Of a stretch of 64,000 nucleotides of DNA, positions 24,193-37,383 are shown in pieces; the first letter of the stretch is position 1, and every line of letters begins with the position of its first letter. Origin of the DNA: the human T2T-CHM13v2.0 reference genome, Homo sapiens; the NCBI RefSeq assembly GCF_009914755.1, contig NC_060930.1; one strand, given 5' to 3'. The translations under genes and the position numbers were made by a program. Under the pieces are notes generated by a model that was given only the letters and a program-made list of their open reading frames with translations, was not told the DNA's origin and did not search any database.

Positions 24193-26589
24193 TAAATCTA
24201 TGTTAGTCTTAGACTGGATTGGGTGGGATATGTGTGGAGAGAGAGCCTGGTTTGGCTTCAAATCAGGTAAAACGGATGCTAGGAGTCCATTCCTGTATCT
24301 CGAAGTGAACTAAACCCTCCAGGGGCCCAGCACAATGAGTGTGTGTGATAGCTCTTTTGAAGACACTTTTTCAACAAATGAAGGCATCTGGTTTCTCAAT
24401 GATGAAGACTTGGGAAACGACAAACTATGATGTTTGATAAAGGGACAAGCTGTTTTCTGAATGCTAGAACAAGCAGTACATGGGAAAAGAAGGCAAGAAT
24501 CCAAGGAAGAGTAGGGGAAAGATTTGTAATGCTCTATTTAAACCAAAGCAGACATGCCCTGATGTGCTGGCCTTGAGGTTTCGGAAGCTGGGGGTGGGAG
24601 GAGTGATAGAAGCCACAAGCCATCATTTTAAGAAACTCATGGAGGGCTGGAGAAGGACTGGAAATTCTGAAGGAACTTTGAGAGGAAAATACAATTCTGG
24701 AAATGGCACCTGGGAGCCCACTTGTGTTGTTTATTGTAGTAGGGGCTGGCAGATTTCAGGGGGGTTGAGTTGTATTTTCCCTCTTAGTCTCAGTGAGAGT
24801 CTTTATGTTCCCTGAGGATAGGAACTGAGCCTTGGTCATTTCTATTCCCTCACCCCCTATGGATGCTCAATAAGTGTGTCCTGACCTCGGAGCCTCATGG
24901 AAAGCAAGCCTTGTGCATCCAGGTAGAGTGCAGATCAAAGCCTGTGGGCCAACTTCTAGGAATTCAGACCCGGATATTGACAAGAGACCTCTGAGTTTTG
25001 CTGCCTGGGGAACTTCTATAGATCCCTGCAATGAAAAAGATGATTATCGCTTCTTTCCTCATTTTATCTCCTGCTCAACTTATAATGAAATGAAAAGCCA
25101 CAGGAAATGGGGGCTTTAAACGGTAGACGCTGTTCTCTCATCCCATTCTCCATCGGTGGTGGAAGAGGAAGAAACAGTGCACTTGGAATGAGAATACTGA
25201 ACTCCTGCGATGACTGAAACAGTCAGAAAAGTTAGCAAGAAAAGTCAGTAGGGCCTGCGTTCTTCAACAGGTTGTCACTGTGGGCAACAGGACCATGGTC
25301 CTGCTGGAGACCCTCTGTGGCCTTGGGGCATTGCATTACAGCAAGCTGATGAGAGGGGGCCTGTGCAGCAAGCACGGTGGCCTCATCCTAAGCCTAAGCC
25401 CTGGACCCATGTTAAAGAATGCTGTCATTTTACATTACAAGTGCAGGTGACTTAACCCCTGTGTTCCTGCTGTGGCCTGTGACATCCGCAGATGGTAGCT
25501 CCTGGGTCGTCTCAGTCTGACTGAAGTGCCCTAGCATGGGCCAAGCAAGTTCCTAGTGAGACTGGAGGAAATCCCAGGCACAGAAGCAGAAAGGCAGGCA
25601 GGAGGTGGAAAGGGGCAGCTGTCAGCGTGCATGGGAGCGGGTGAGGGGGATGTCAGCGCCTGCTCAGCTGTGGGCCAGGGAGACGGGGGTAAGGCATTCG
25701 CATCCTCTGCCAGCCACTCCCAGCTCTGTCACTTCATGTAAGACTTTGGGCAAGCTAATTAACCTCTCCAAGCTTCATTTTCACAATGGGTAGACTTGAC
25801 AATGAACGCCTTTGTGCTTAGAACAAGGCTGAACTTCAAGTCAGCCTCCTCCTCTGTCCACCCAGGACCAGGCTCAGCAGTCTGGATTTACTCCGTTCCT
25901 AAGAATGCCCGGCTTCCCTTTAGGGTCTGAAAGATTTGAAGTGGTCTGGCAAAGGAAGGAGTTCTGTCCCACAGGGTCACCGTGACACAGCTGTCCCGTC
26001 ACCAGAGTGGCTTCTCGCTCATGACTCATTTTCTCAAAAAGAGGAGCCGACATGACAGTGGGAGCTGCGGGGCTGACAGTGGGGGCTGGGGGCCGCGGCT
26101 GGGCAGTGGTGGAGGATTTCTCGGTTCTCCAGAGTCAAGTCTGGTTTTGATGTAAATGCCTTCCAGACTGTTTCCCACTTGACTGACCCCCACACGCAGT
26201 CTTATCTCTGAATGACTCATGCCATGGGTCCCAAAGTGAGCATTTTTACCATAACCTTCTCGTAACCTCTGTAGATGTTCTATTGTCCTTGGAAGATGCC
26301 ATTGCTGGGAAGCAGGAGGCAGTTCCTCCTGTCTGGCTCAGACTGTGGAGGCTTTCCTCGCAGGGTCCTGCTCCCTGTGTGCCCCTCACTTGGTCCAAGG
26401 CTTAGAGGTCAAATGTTCCACTCTCCTCCTGCGGTTGGTGCCACAGCCCCGTCCTCGGCCCTCTGCAGTGGATGCCTTTGGCCCCCTGCCCAGCTCCTGA
26501 GCTGTGGGCATGCTCATTCCAGTGACTGCTCCTCCCTCCTTGATCCGGGTGGTGACAGGAGTCTCCTAAGAGTTTTCGTGATAATTTTA

Positions 26590-26780
26590 GCTGACATGTA
26601 CTGAGCACTAAGTGCCAACACAGAATTAAGTGGCTCATTTAATCCTCACAGAGATCCTATGAGGCAGGCGCTGTTCTTTGCCCCATTTAGCAGATAAGGA
26701 AACTAAGACTAGAGAGGTTTAATAACTTGGCTTGTATCACATAATCATGCCCATGAAGTCCAACTCCCGAATCTGCACCC
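26590..26780 (-). mobile_element. MIR SINE
   Basis: CTCATTTAATCCTCACAGAGATCCTATGAGGCAGG...CCCCATTT...CAGATAAGGAAACTAAGACTAGAGAGGTTTAATAACTTG. Confidence 0.8.
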
Positions 26781-28054
26781 TAATCTTCTGTGTCTCGCTC
26801 CTCCTTTCTCTTTGCACATCCAAACCTCTCCCTGATTGAGGTTCATTAAGCCAGCAGTGGGCCTGACCCAGCAGAGGAAGAGTCTTTTGTCTGCAAATTT
26901 AGAATTGGGACTGGAAGTGTGTGTTTGCGTGTGTGTGTGTGAGAGAGAGAGGCACCACATGGTAGAACCGAGATGCAAGAGTTGGGATTACCTCTTCCCT
27001 CACTACTGTCCTAGAGGCTGAGGAACCTGCCTCCCAAGACTGGAGCACAGACACGATGGTGAAGGCCTAGGGTACAGGGCTCCAGCAGCCCTCCCCGGGC
27101 CACTGCATTGCCAACCTTGAATCCATACGACATCCTGGGATCCAGGGCCACATTTTTACCTTGAAAGGCCCCAAAACCAGAGAAGATGAGTCCTCCTGAG
27201 TCCTGCATTAGTTGCTAAAAATGATGCTGGATCATACATTAAGCATAAGGAAGTTTTTCAAAGCTATGATTTGCATGTGATAACTACTTTACTTTTTAAA
27301 AATTGCTTATCAGATTCTTAATTTTTTTTTCCTGTACCTGCTTTGCTGGTGCTATAAGTATGTTCATGGTCTGCTTTTGGGGCCACCCAGCACTGTTAGT
27401 ATATTTCTAATAAATTCTCCTTTTAAACTGAAAGTAGTCCATACTGGTTTCTGCTCCTTGTTCTGCCCCTCTTGCAAGCTGCTCAGTCAAGTCTGAATTC
27501 AGGGTAGGTTCACAGCTTAGATCCTCCTGCTGAGCCCCTTGCTAGCGAAGCAACAATTTGCAATGACTTATAAAAGCTTTTAGGCTAAGTTTTGTCTTTT
27601 TACTGAGTCTTGCTATTTTCAGTTGAATAGAATATAGATCTTTTAAAAATATTTCTTTAAGACTGATTCAATGAGAGTTTTTAATGATATCTTCCTAGAG
27701 ACTGACAAAGACAATGTGAACAGGGAAACATCGCAAATGGGAAAAGCTATGTACCGAGGACCGGGTTAGGTCTTTAGAACCTCACATATTATTGGAGGAG
27801 GTATGATCAACAGGTTTCATTGTATTGCACACATGTAGGATGTCTCACAAATATTTAGAAAAAAGAGCAGTCAATGTCATGACCGTAATGACCCCATGAG
27901 CAAGTTTGCTGGTGCCATGAAAGGTACCAATGAGCAATCTCTCCAAAGACTCTGAGCAACATCTGGGCCAGCAGCTGCAGAAGTGTCTCCCTGGTCACTC
28001 AACTCACACAGAGCCTCAGAATGGCCTTATTGCAAAGGAATGAACTCGGTCATC

Positions 28055-28508
28055 GTGTCTGTGTTCGTTTCCTGGGGCTGCCATTACAAATGACTGCAAA
28101 CTGGGTGGCTTCAAACAACAGGAATTTCTTGTCTCCCAGCTCTGGAAGGCAGAAGTCTGCAACCAAGGTGTGAGCAGACCCACGCTCTCTCTGAAGGCTC
28201 CAGGGGAGAATCCACTCCTGCCTTTCTCTTAGCTTCCGGTGGTTGCTGGCAATCCCTGGCCTATAGACACATCACACTAACCTCTACCACCTGGCATCCT
28301 CCCCTGTGAGCTTTCATGGCGTCTTCCCTCCGTGCATGTCTGTCTGTGTCTTCTCTTCTAATGTGGACACCAGTCCTATTGGACTAGAGCTCACCCTAAT
28401 GGCCTCATCTTAGCTTGATTACATCTCACAAAGACTCTATCTCTGGATATCATTGGGGGTTAGGATTTCAACATACCGTTTGAGGGGGACACAATTCAAC
28501 CCATGACA
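28055..28508 (-). mobile_element. MLT1C-like MaLR LTR
   Basis: GTTTCCTGGGGCTGCCATTACAAATGACTGCAAACTGGGTGGCTTCAAACAACAG...GGGGGACACAATTCAACCCATGACA. Confidence 0.85.
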
Positions 28509-28833
28509 ATGTCCAAACAGCCTCATCTTCTCCATCCCTTGCCCCTTAACTCTTAGTGAGGACCCAAGGCCACAGCTGTTCCATTTCCCACTGGCCCTTC
28601 CAGGCATGGTTTTCCCCACTGCCCTTGCACACTCTGGCCTCAGCCAAAGTCAGTGCCTGCATTTCCAGGTTCTTTCCTGTGAGCTTCTTTTCTTCTCAGC
28701 GGCTTCCTGCCACCCTTCGATGGCCTGCTCAGAGACCACCTTCCTGACGCCAAAGTCAGGAGGGATTCTGGAAAGCTTTGAGGGCTCTGGCTCACTTCTG
28801 AGTCATCTGTGGCCTCTCTCCATATTTAATTTT

Positions 28834-29265
28834 TGTTAAGAATGGTAGTGTCATGTGCAGCCTTCTGACCCCTGCAAAGCCACGCAAGAGTGGTCTCAGC
28901 CAGGAACGTTTCCTTCCAAGGAGATAAGGGCCCTCCCAGCTCATGCTGGGCAGATCTCTTTGTTTGGGAATATCTCTCTGTTTTGGACTCAGTGTGTCCT
29001 CCTTTGCTCTGCATAAGCAGGTGTATCAATGGCCCCAGAGAGGCCCCCAGCTCTCTGTATCTTAACTCCACAGAGGAGGAGTTGGGGTCCTTCCCCTGCA
29101 CATGAGAGGGGGAAGACCATCTCCCTGGCCATGGGGTACCGACACCTATGATTGATGCTGATCAGTCTGTCTCTTCTCTCTGTGAGTGAAGAGTTGTTCT
29201 ATCCAATGCCTGTGTGAGCTGTGCCTTCCTCGGTGATCCCAAACCATGGAGTGTGTTGACATCCT
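28834..29265 (+). mobile_element. Probable old ERV LTR, family uncertain
   Basis: TGTTAAG start, TTCCAAGGAGATAAG motif, LTR-like length and possible ...TTGACA end. Confidence 0.4.
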
Positions 29266-30575
29266 GAGACTACTGCCCTAGGTGGAGTGCAACTCCTCCC
29301 CTGGAGGTGATAACAGCTGTCACTTGCTCAATTTTGTATTTTATCTTGCCTCTGAAACCTTAAGTACATTAAGCGTGGAAAATGTAACCTTTGTAACCTT
29401 GCAGAAGGTGCACACAAACGTATGTAGGCTATGGAGTACTTACTGAGTAAATGAACGAATGACTTGTAACCACAGCCTGAGGTGAGGTTGAGCATATTTT
29501 AAATTTGTGACTTAACACGCATGTACACACCACATGCCCACACACCCTGTTCAATTGGTTTTGACCAAGCTGACTGGCCTGTTCTGCTTTTAAAATGCTG
29601 TGGCATATGTCATGATAATGGGTTATTTTCATTCCTGTATCTAAACAAATGTGTTGGGTGTTTCATTTCCAGCACAGTATTTTGACATGGACATCATCAT
29701 CACTATTCTAATTCTGGAGGATTGGCCCCAAGACCATGGGGAACTCAGTTGCTTGGATTAATAGTGAGAGAGTAAACCAGGAGGTGAAGGAAATGGAGCT
29801 GGTCAAAATGACGCACTTAAAGATCTGACCCTGATGGTAACTTCCCAAATATGGAGTCCAGAGGTATGTGGGGATGCAAGACTCATAGGAGTGGGCCTGA
29901 TCTCCACGGTGCACAGTGAGTACAGAAGGCTGCAGCAGCAGTCCTAGTCTGTCCTGTGCAGCACCGTGCATCTCAGTGAACGTCCACATGGGGCAGGACC
30001 CACAGGGTCTCCAGGCTGCCCAACCACAGGAGGTACAACTCCATCTTGATCTATTTGGCACCTGGAGCAGGGCACTGGCTGTCCAACAAAGACCCATGTG
30101 CTCTTCTTGTTCCCTAGTTTCCTTATACTGACTGGGGCCATGTGACTAGCTCTAGTCAGTGAGTTCTGCTTGGCGTGGGTCAGTTTTCGGTAAAAAAACA
30201 ATTAAGAGCCCATTCTCCTCATTATGCAATGAGCCCTGAAGCCATATATTGACAAGGTGGTATTAGAGGATGATTGATTCTTGAGCGGGTGGCTGGGGAA
30301 GTCTTATAGAAATGGAAAAACAGTATGTGCATGGAACAACACAGCACATATGGGAGGCTGACATTTCATGAGGGGAGCACCAAAACAGGCTATTTGCAGG
30401 GAGAGTAGTGGCAATAATGAACATAAGTTGAAAATACAAATTTTATTAACCAATTTGACAAAGTCTCTATGAAGGAAGTACTGCTTGAATCTTTATTTGA
30501 TAAATAAAAAACCATCCGCACAGGGACATAGAAGCTCACCCAAGGCCCTGCATCTACTAAGAGAAACACCGGGAT

Positions 30576-30948
30576 TGATATGGTTTGGCTGTGCCCCCTC
30601 CAATCTCATTTTGAATTATAGTTCCCATAATCCCCACATGTCATAGAAGGGACCTTGTGGGAGGTAATTAAATCATGGGGACAGTTTCCTCCATGCTATT
30701 CTCATGATAGAAAGTTCTCACAAGAGCTGATGGTTTCATAAGGGGCTTCCCCTTTCACCAGGCACCCATTCTTCTCCTTCCTGCCATCTTGTGAAGAAGG
30801 ATGTATTTGCTTCCTTTTCTGCCATGGTTGTAAGTTTCCTGAGGCCTCACCAGCTATGCTGACATGTGAGTCAATTAAACCTCTTTCCTTTATAAATTAC
30901 CCAGACTCTGGTACGTCTTTATTAGCAGCCTGAGAACGGACTAATACA
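30576..30948 (+). mobile_element. THE1C/D-like MaLR solo LTR inserted in a MIR
   Basis: TGATATGGTTTGGCTGTG...GTGAGTCAATTAAACCTCTTTCCTTTATAAATTACCCAG...GGACTAATACA. TSD GGGAT/AGGAT. Confidence 0.93.
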
Positions 30949-32499
30949 AGGATCCAAACCCAGCCAGGCAGAACCAGCTTCCAGGCCCTTAGCCTCTCTG
31001 TGTGAGGCAAGCAATGTAAGGAACAGAGAAGGCATGATAGCCCTGGGGGGGGCCACTCCAGGATTTGAGGGCCTGGAATGTTACCTGAGCTCGCCCTCCT
31101 GTTTTGCTGGATCGATTTTATTCTTTGTTCACTTAGAAGATGTGAGTGTCCATGCAGTAAAAGACAAAATGAAAGGAGAGAAGAGAGAGACCTGAAGCAG
31201 AACATGTGCAGAACAGTGGTCACTGTCATTACCCATTGACGTCATGTACTCAGGAACAACCAAATGAGAACACGCAGAATGGTTCCTTACACATACAGGG
31301 AAGAAAGAAAATTGTTTATCAGCATGGAGGACAATTATCTTTCGGCTTCTGCCCAGCATACAGTAGCCTCCATTTGAGCTGTAGTGAATTTCTCAGTTTT
31401 TCAACTGCTGTCTTCATTTTTGTTCCTAGTATGGGGAGGTGGGTATTACTATCTTCATTGCTCTTGATTGTTTCTTTTTTTCCCTTATGGACATGTTTCC
31501 TGCATAAAGGAACTCTCTAAAAGTTCATTTTCAGGGGATTGTTTTTCTTTAAAAAAAAAAGAAAAAAGAAAAAACTCTGCAGATTTTTCTCTGCAGACTT
31601 AACGTCTGAAACACACCCAGTTCCCGCTCCCAAATAGTTTCCTCTGTACGTTTCTCTGTGTGGGTTTTCTTCCAAAGTGCCACAGGCCAGACAGGGCTCT
31701 CTTTGAGCCCATCCAAGAGGCCCTGGTGTTTCTACAGGTTACAAACACAGAAAGAAAAAGCACATTCCCCACCCCAACCCTTGCCAGAGCTTGCTCTCTC
31801 TCTTTTTAGGCAAATGATGTTTTTACAGATTCCCCTTCATACTAACAACAGTGATGGATTTTCTGTTGCAACCCTTGAAATGTCTGCACACACCATGCAT
31901 TATAATCAGATAAACCCTCAACCAAGCGAAGCATGGCCGTCTCATACCAGCCACTGTCTGCAGCCTTCTCTTACCTTCAGTTCTTGCCTGGCAGCAAAAC
32001 TGGGCACACTCATGTCAGCGAGAAAATAAACCGGGAATATGGAATATATTAAGCTTAAGAGGAGGGTCTGGAAGGAATGAGCACTTTATTTGCTGAAGGC
32101 AGCTTAGTTGCACCTGACATTAATAAATGAAATGAAGTCTGATCAGTATTTAAAACAACCATACAAACTGGAACATGCTCATCCTAGTGAACAGAATGTG
32201 AAGAAAATCCAGAAGTTGGCAATAAATAAACTGCCTCAACTCGGTCAGCCATTTCTATTTTCTTTCTGTAAGATATTCACGGGAATCGGAATTTTGGAGG
32301 ATCTCCATGAGGTTTTACTTCTTGCAAGGAACTTGTATTCCCTTTCCATTGTAACAGAAAGTTCCAGGGGAGCATCAATGAGAAGAAGGGGATGGGCATC
32401 TGCAAATACAATATGACCTAATGCAAATTTTGCTTCCTGCTAAAACTTTTTGAGACTCACAAAGATGTATGCAAAGGTAACATTCATTAAGGTAACAAT

Positions 32500-32670
32500 A
32501 ACTAACTTTTTTTTTTTAGTATGTGCTGGATATGGACTAAGTGCTTTACATGAATCATTTCATTTAACCCTCAGTAAACTTCAACATACGTTATGCTTCC
32601 CATTTTACAGATGTAAAACTGAGACTTGGAGAGGCTTAGGGACTGCCCAAGGTTACACACCTAGCTGGTG
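32500..32670 (-). mobile_element. MIR SINE
   Basis: CTAAGTGCTTTACATG...CATTTAACCCTC...CCCATTTTACAGATGTAAAACTGAGACT...GCCCAAGGTTACAC. Confidence 0.8.
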
Positions 32671-32899
32671 ATCCACCAATTCCTAATATCATTAACTAAA
32701 ATTTAGTGATCCAGGTGCTAATCATCTGGTATTATCATTTTTTATGTGAGTAGCACACACCAGTAGTTTGCATAAAACAGAGACAGTAAAATAGGCCAAT
32801 GTTACAATTTTCTATGAAAGGCACAAAGGTAATATAGCATGAGGCTTCTATCTACCAAAAATTCATAAACCATTTGTTTATGAACAAGACTCACAATTG

Positions 32900-33327
32900 C
32901 AGTAGACCCTTGAACGACACAGAGCTTACAGGCATGCAGTCAAAAATCCATGTACAACTTCTGACTCTGCAAAAACTTTACTAATAGTCTATTGTTGACT
33001 GGAAGCCTTACTGATGACAAAAACAGTCAATTCACATGTATTTTGTATGTTATATGTATTACATTCTTTATTCTTACCATAAAGTAAGCCAGAGAAAAGA
33101 AAATATTATTAAGAAAATCATAAGGAAGAGAAACTTTATTTACTATTCATTAAGTGGAAAAAAGTGGATCATCATCAAGGACTTCATCTTAGTCTTCTTC
33201 ATGTTGAGTAGGCTGAGGAAGAGGAGGGGTTGGTCTTGCTGTCTCAAGAGTGGCAGGAAAGATGGAAAAAAATCTGCATATAAGTGGACCCGTGTAGTTC
33301 AAACCCATGTTGTTCAAGGGTCAACTG
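32900..33327 (-). mobile_element. Tigger2a (MER28)-like DNA transposon
   Basis: Terminal inverted repeats CAGTAGACCCTTGAACGACAC and ATGTTGTTCAAGGGTCAACTG, with the internal motif AAAGTAAGCCAGAGAAAAGAAAAT. Confidence 0.9.
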
Positions 33328-34599
33328 TGATTAAACTGAGTTACAATTCAAGTTAATGTATAATCTTCACTGAACTCATAGCCTATTTTATCAAAGCTAA
33401 GAATCTTGTCATAAAAAGACCAACACAAGAAAACACCACCTCTCAATACTCAAATGTTCCTCTTGATGAAGTCACTGTGGCTATTGCACTGAAGTTTCTA
33501 TCTGAACGTATCAATCTGCAGAATTCTTGGGGGTGGGTGTGGTATGCAGAGGAGAAGCAAGGGCCAGAAGTCAGGGAAGAAACATGAAGAGCGCCTGGCT
33601 GGTCCCAACTTCCCTCTGGTCACACTCCCTCACCCTTTGCCGCCTCATCCCTGCTACCTATCCTTGTTGAGGAAGAAGAGATGGGAGAGAAGAGAGTAGA
33701 AAGAGAGAAGGAAGTGAAAAGAGTGTTAAAGAAAGACATAAAGAAAATGGAAAGGAACTTCAAAGGGTCTTTGCATTGTTCTGAAGGTGAGAAGGTAAAA
33801 TTAAACCTCCAAAAGAAAACTTTTCACTGTTAACAACAACAAGTTTTATAATACTTGCTTTCCTTGAAGAAAAGAAAATAGGCAGAGGGAAATGAGTGGA
33901 TATTTCAAGGAATGTTATATAATGTCATAATGTAATGAGGGTTTGTGTGCTCTATGATGCTATGACAATTTGCAAGATTAATCCATTCAGTCTCCCATTT
34001 TTCCAGGCAGGGATTCTCATCAGGAATTCTCATCAGGGATCTGTTGAACTTAGAGGAATCTAGAAACCTGAAAGTTTTGCAAATTATTAGTTTCCGTAAT
34101 TTTTCTGGGGAATGGTTCTGAAGCTTCCAGCAGCATCTCAATGGCATTTCCCAATTCTGCAAAGATTAAGAACTGCAGATTAAGGCAGATAGATTCCAGA
34201 AACTTTCGCTTTAAAGTTCTGACTTGGCAGGCAATTGGGAATCTTTCCACAGAGTGCTTTCCTCAAAAGGATAAAATAGTGACTTTATCAGACTTTCCAG
34301 TAGCCCCAATATTGCATCAAGCCCTTTCCAGGCAAGAATCCATATCCTCTTATCATTTCTCTTATGATCGGGTTTAAAGTTTTCTCACCCTCCACCAGTT
34401 GCTTCTAAGTATGCCCTGACCTGTCAATTTCTCCTTAATGCATGGCACCATAAAGTGAGCACTGCAATCCAGGATGAGTCGACCCATGAGGAAGCAGGCA
34501 CTGCCCACCTTATTTTGAACACTTTGTTTCTGTTATAAAACCAAAGATCCCAAGAAGTTTTTTGAAAGATGCGTAATCCTTTTGTCTGGCAGGGATTTT

Positions 34600-35120
34600 T
34601 GACAAGTAAATTTCCTAAATCTTTCCTCATGTGTTACCTCTGAACTCAGTCACTTTCGACTTATCTCATATGTATACACTTGAGTGTTAGAAGACTAAAG
34701 AGCAGGATTTTATATTTATCTCTTTTAAATTTTATCTTGTCTAATTCAGTAAATGTTTAGCAAAGTGCATCAAAGTATTCTGGAAGCTCAATTTCTCATC
34801 CAACGTTAATAGTTGTCCCTCCCAGCCTCGTGCCACTCATGGGTTTATTTATCATGATCTCAAAGGCCTATCCAAGTCTCTGGTTTCCATATGGACAGGA
34901 GCAGGAGACCAAAGACTAGCAGCTCCTCCTATCTGATGCTGATTTAGGTTGATCAATGAATCAATGCTCTTTAGCTTTAAAGCATTCAACCAATTGTCAA
35001 TTCAGCAGATTAAAATGAAATTCAGCCCATATTTCTCCATCTTGGCAATTTGAATATCAGGCAATTTTTTAAGAAACTTGCTGAAACCTAGATACTCTTC
35101 TTATGCATAGCATTCTTAGA
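34600..35120 (-). mobile_element. L3/CR1 LINE fragment
   Basis: Antisense CR1-like motifs: CCCTCCCAGCCTCGTGCCACTC, CAGCCCATATTTCTCCATCTTG, CTTGCTGAAACCTAGATA. Confidence 0.55.
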
Positions 35121-35667
35121 TATTTTCCACTCTACCTCATGACAACTATTGCAGAGAGACAGATTTTGGCTTAACAAAGCTGCTTGGGGCTGGAATACAC
35201 CTGCTTCAGGTGTGTGAGGTGGTGAGGTCTGTCATTGAAGGTTGAAAACATCTGGCTGGAATAAAATAGGAAATAAATAGGAATAAAATAGGAAAGATTT
35301 GGGTATCAAACAAGAGATTGAATTCTGTATCTGTATAGTGACTTGAGACTCTGAACATTTTTGACTATAAATGATGCTTCATGGGTGTTGAGTAAGTCAA
35401 ATGGTAGCTTCGGGTAAGATTTGATTCAAGGATCAATGATGTCATCATGATCCCTTTCTGTTCTTCTTTTGTGTGCCAGAGTGGTTCTCAGGCTGTCTCC
35501 CCTTACTGTAGTCAGTTGGCTACAGCACCTTACTGAGCCCAGAGGAGAGGAGAATGTCTATAGTCTAGCATGCCTTGCAAACATATTAAGACTTGCACTG
35601 ATTTAGACTGGATTAGGTCATGTGTCTATCCTGCAACAATCACTGTGGCCACAGAGATGAGACATGC

Positions 35668-36190
35668 TGTTCTGGTTATCTATTGCAACATAACAAATCA
35701 CTTATCTCCCATGGTTTCTGTGGGTTAGGAATTTGAGTAAGCTCAGCTAGGTGACTTTTCCTGGGGCCCCTCATGGATTTGCAGTCAGATGGTGGTTGGG
35801 GCTAGAACAGTGGTGGGGAAGAGGAGTCGATGGTGCTAGGAGCTACCTGGCCATCTTTTTTTCCTTAAGGCAGTCTTGAGGCCTCTCTATGTGGTCTCTC
35901 CAATTGTGCCAGTTTGGGCTTCCCCACAATATGGAGGCCTCCGGGCCATGAGACTGCTTGCATACAGTGTCCCAGGAGAATAAGGTGTAAGTTTTTGGCA
36001 TTTCTGTGGTCTAAACTCAGAAATCACATAATGTCTCTTCTGCCCTACTCTATTGGTTGAAACAGTCACAAAAACCCACCCATATTCAAAGGTAGGGTAC
36101 ATAGACTCTATCTCTTGATGGAAGAGGGGCAAGATTCTAGAAGAAACTTCTAGAAGAACAGTCATCCTTGGAAAATATAATCTTTCACAT
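35668..36190 (-). mobile_element. MLT1 (MLT1H-like) MaLR LTR
   Basis: TGTTCTGGTTATCTATTGCAACATAACAAATCA...GGTTTCTGTGGGTTAGGAATTTGAG...CTCTATTGGTTGAAACAGTCACAA. Confidence 0.75.
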
Positions 36191-36268
36191 ATGCTAATGG
36201 GCTTAATCCAATCAAAACGTGGCCCTAAGCTAAAAGCCCAAAAACAATATCCCAAAGTAAGCCTGGTT

Positions 36269-36403
36269 GATTGGGCATGGTGGCTCACACCTGTAATCCC
36301 AGCATTTTGGGAGGCTGAGGCAGGAGGATCCCTTGAGCCCAGGAGTTCAGGACTAGCCTGGGCAATATACTGAGACCCCATCTTTTTAAAAATTTTTAAA
36401 AAA
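36269..36403 (+). mobile_element. Alu left monomer (FLAM_C-like)
   Basis: GGGCATGGTGGCTCACACCTGTAATCCCAGCA...GGATCCCTTGAGCCCAGGAGTTC...AGCCTGGGCAA. Confidence 0.88.
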
Positions 36404-37383
36404 TATATCAAAGTAATCCAGGCTGTTATAGATGGGAGAAGAGGGGTGTAGATGGCAGAGAACAATCCCTCCTTCTATGTGAATGGGGACCAAAGCACAG
36501 GTGCAGAGGGATGAGGTCACTGTATTCTACCTACTTTAATTTTTTAATACAGATTTCTAAAACTACTTTATCATATGACAAATTTTGCCAAGAACTTATA
36601 TTTACAACCAAAACTAAACACAACAGTGTTTGATTTTTTAAAAAGAAAACATTAAGTTACACATCATTAACTTAGATCTGCCAATGGAGAATCCATCTTG
36701 ATGCATTAGGCTGAGTTTTCTTTGTGCTGGTTATAAACCGATTAATGGTATTAACAAAGGTGGGGGATCAAGGAACTATTTTAAGGGGATGAACAACTAG
36801 CTTTAATGTTGCTGAAGAGAAAAGGTGCTAATTATAAATATTTCTGAGAATCTGTTCATTAAACACTTTTGAGATTACAAAAGTTATTTCTTGTCTGCAT
36901 TCTGTTATAAAAGTTTTAAATTCAAGTAAGAATTCAGTAAATACAGATAAAATGTGTACAGAATAAGGCTTATTTCTTTAAAAATAGTCAATAAATCAAT
37001 ATTTTTGTGGTTTTGTCAAAGTGACATTGACTTACTCCTAATTAGGATCAGGCTTTATATATTGTTTTTAATTGGGAGAAATATGTACCAAAATAAATAT
37101 GAGCTTTATTATTATAAATTCATATTTAAAAGGTAAAAAACTGCTGTGTGTCTGTGGCATTGCTGTTTTAAAGATTTCCTTGCATCCCCCCAAGAATGGC
37201 AGATAGTGTAATTACAGCATTCCTGCTGTGAACTTTTCTTTGTTTTCTAAATACAGTAAGTGTATCCGAAAACTTATTAAAATGAAATCCCCCTACCCTC
37301 TCACTCTTCGTGACTGTCAGCTTCCGATAAGCCCATACTGATGGTACTGATGGCGGCCAATTGCCCCTTGGCATTTGCTTTAT

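Noticed and set aside
35887-36465. 192-aa minus-strand ORF
   Set aside because: It runs through an antisense Alu monomer (typical [16 protein letters not shown] peptide) and an MLT1 LTR.
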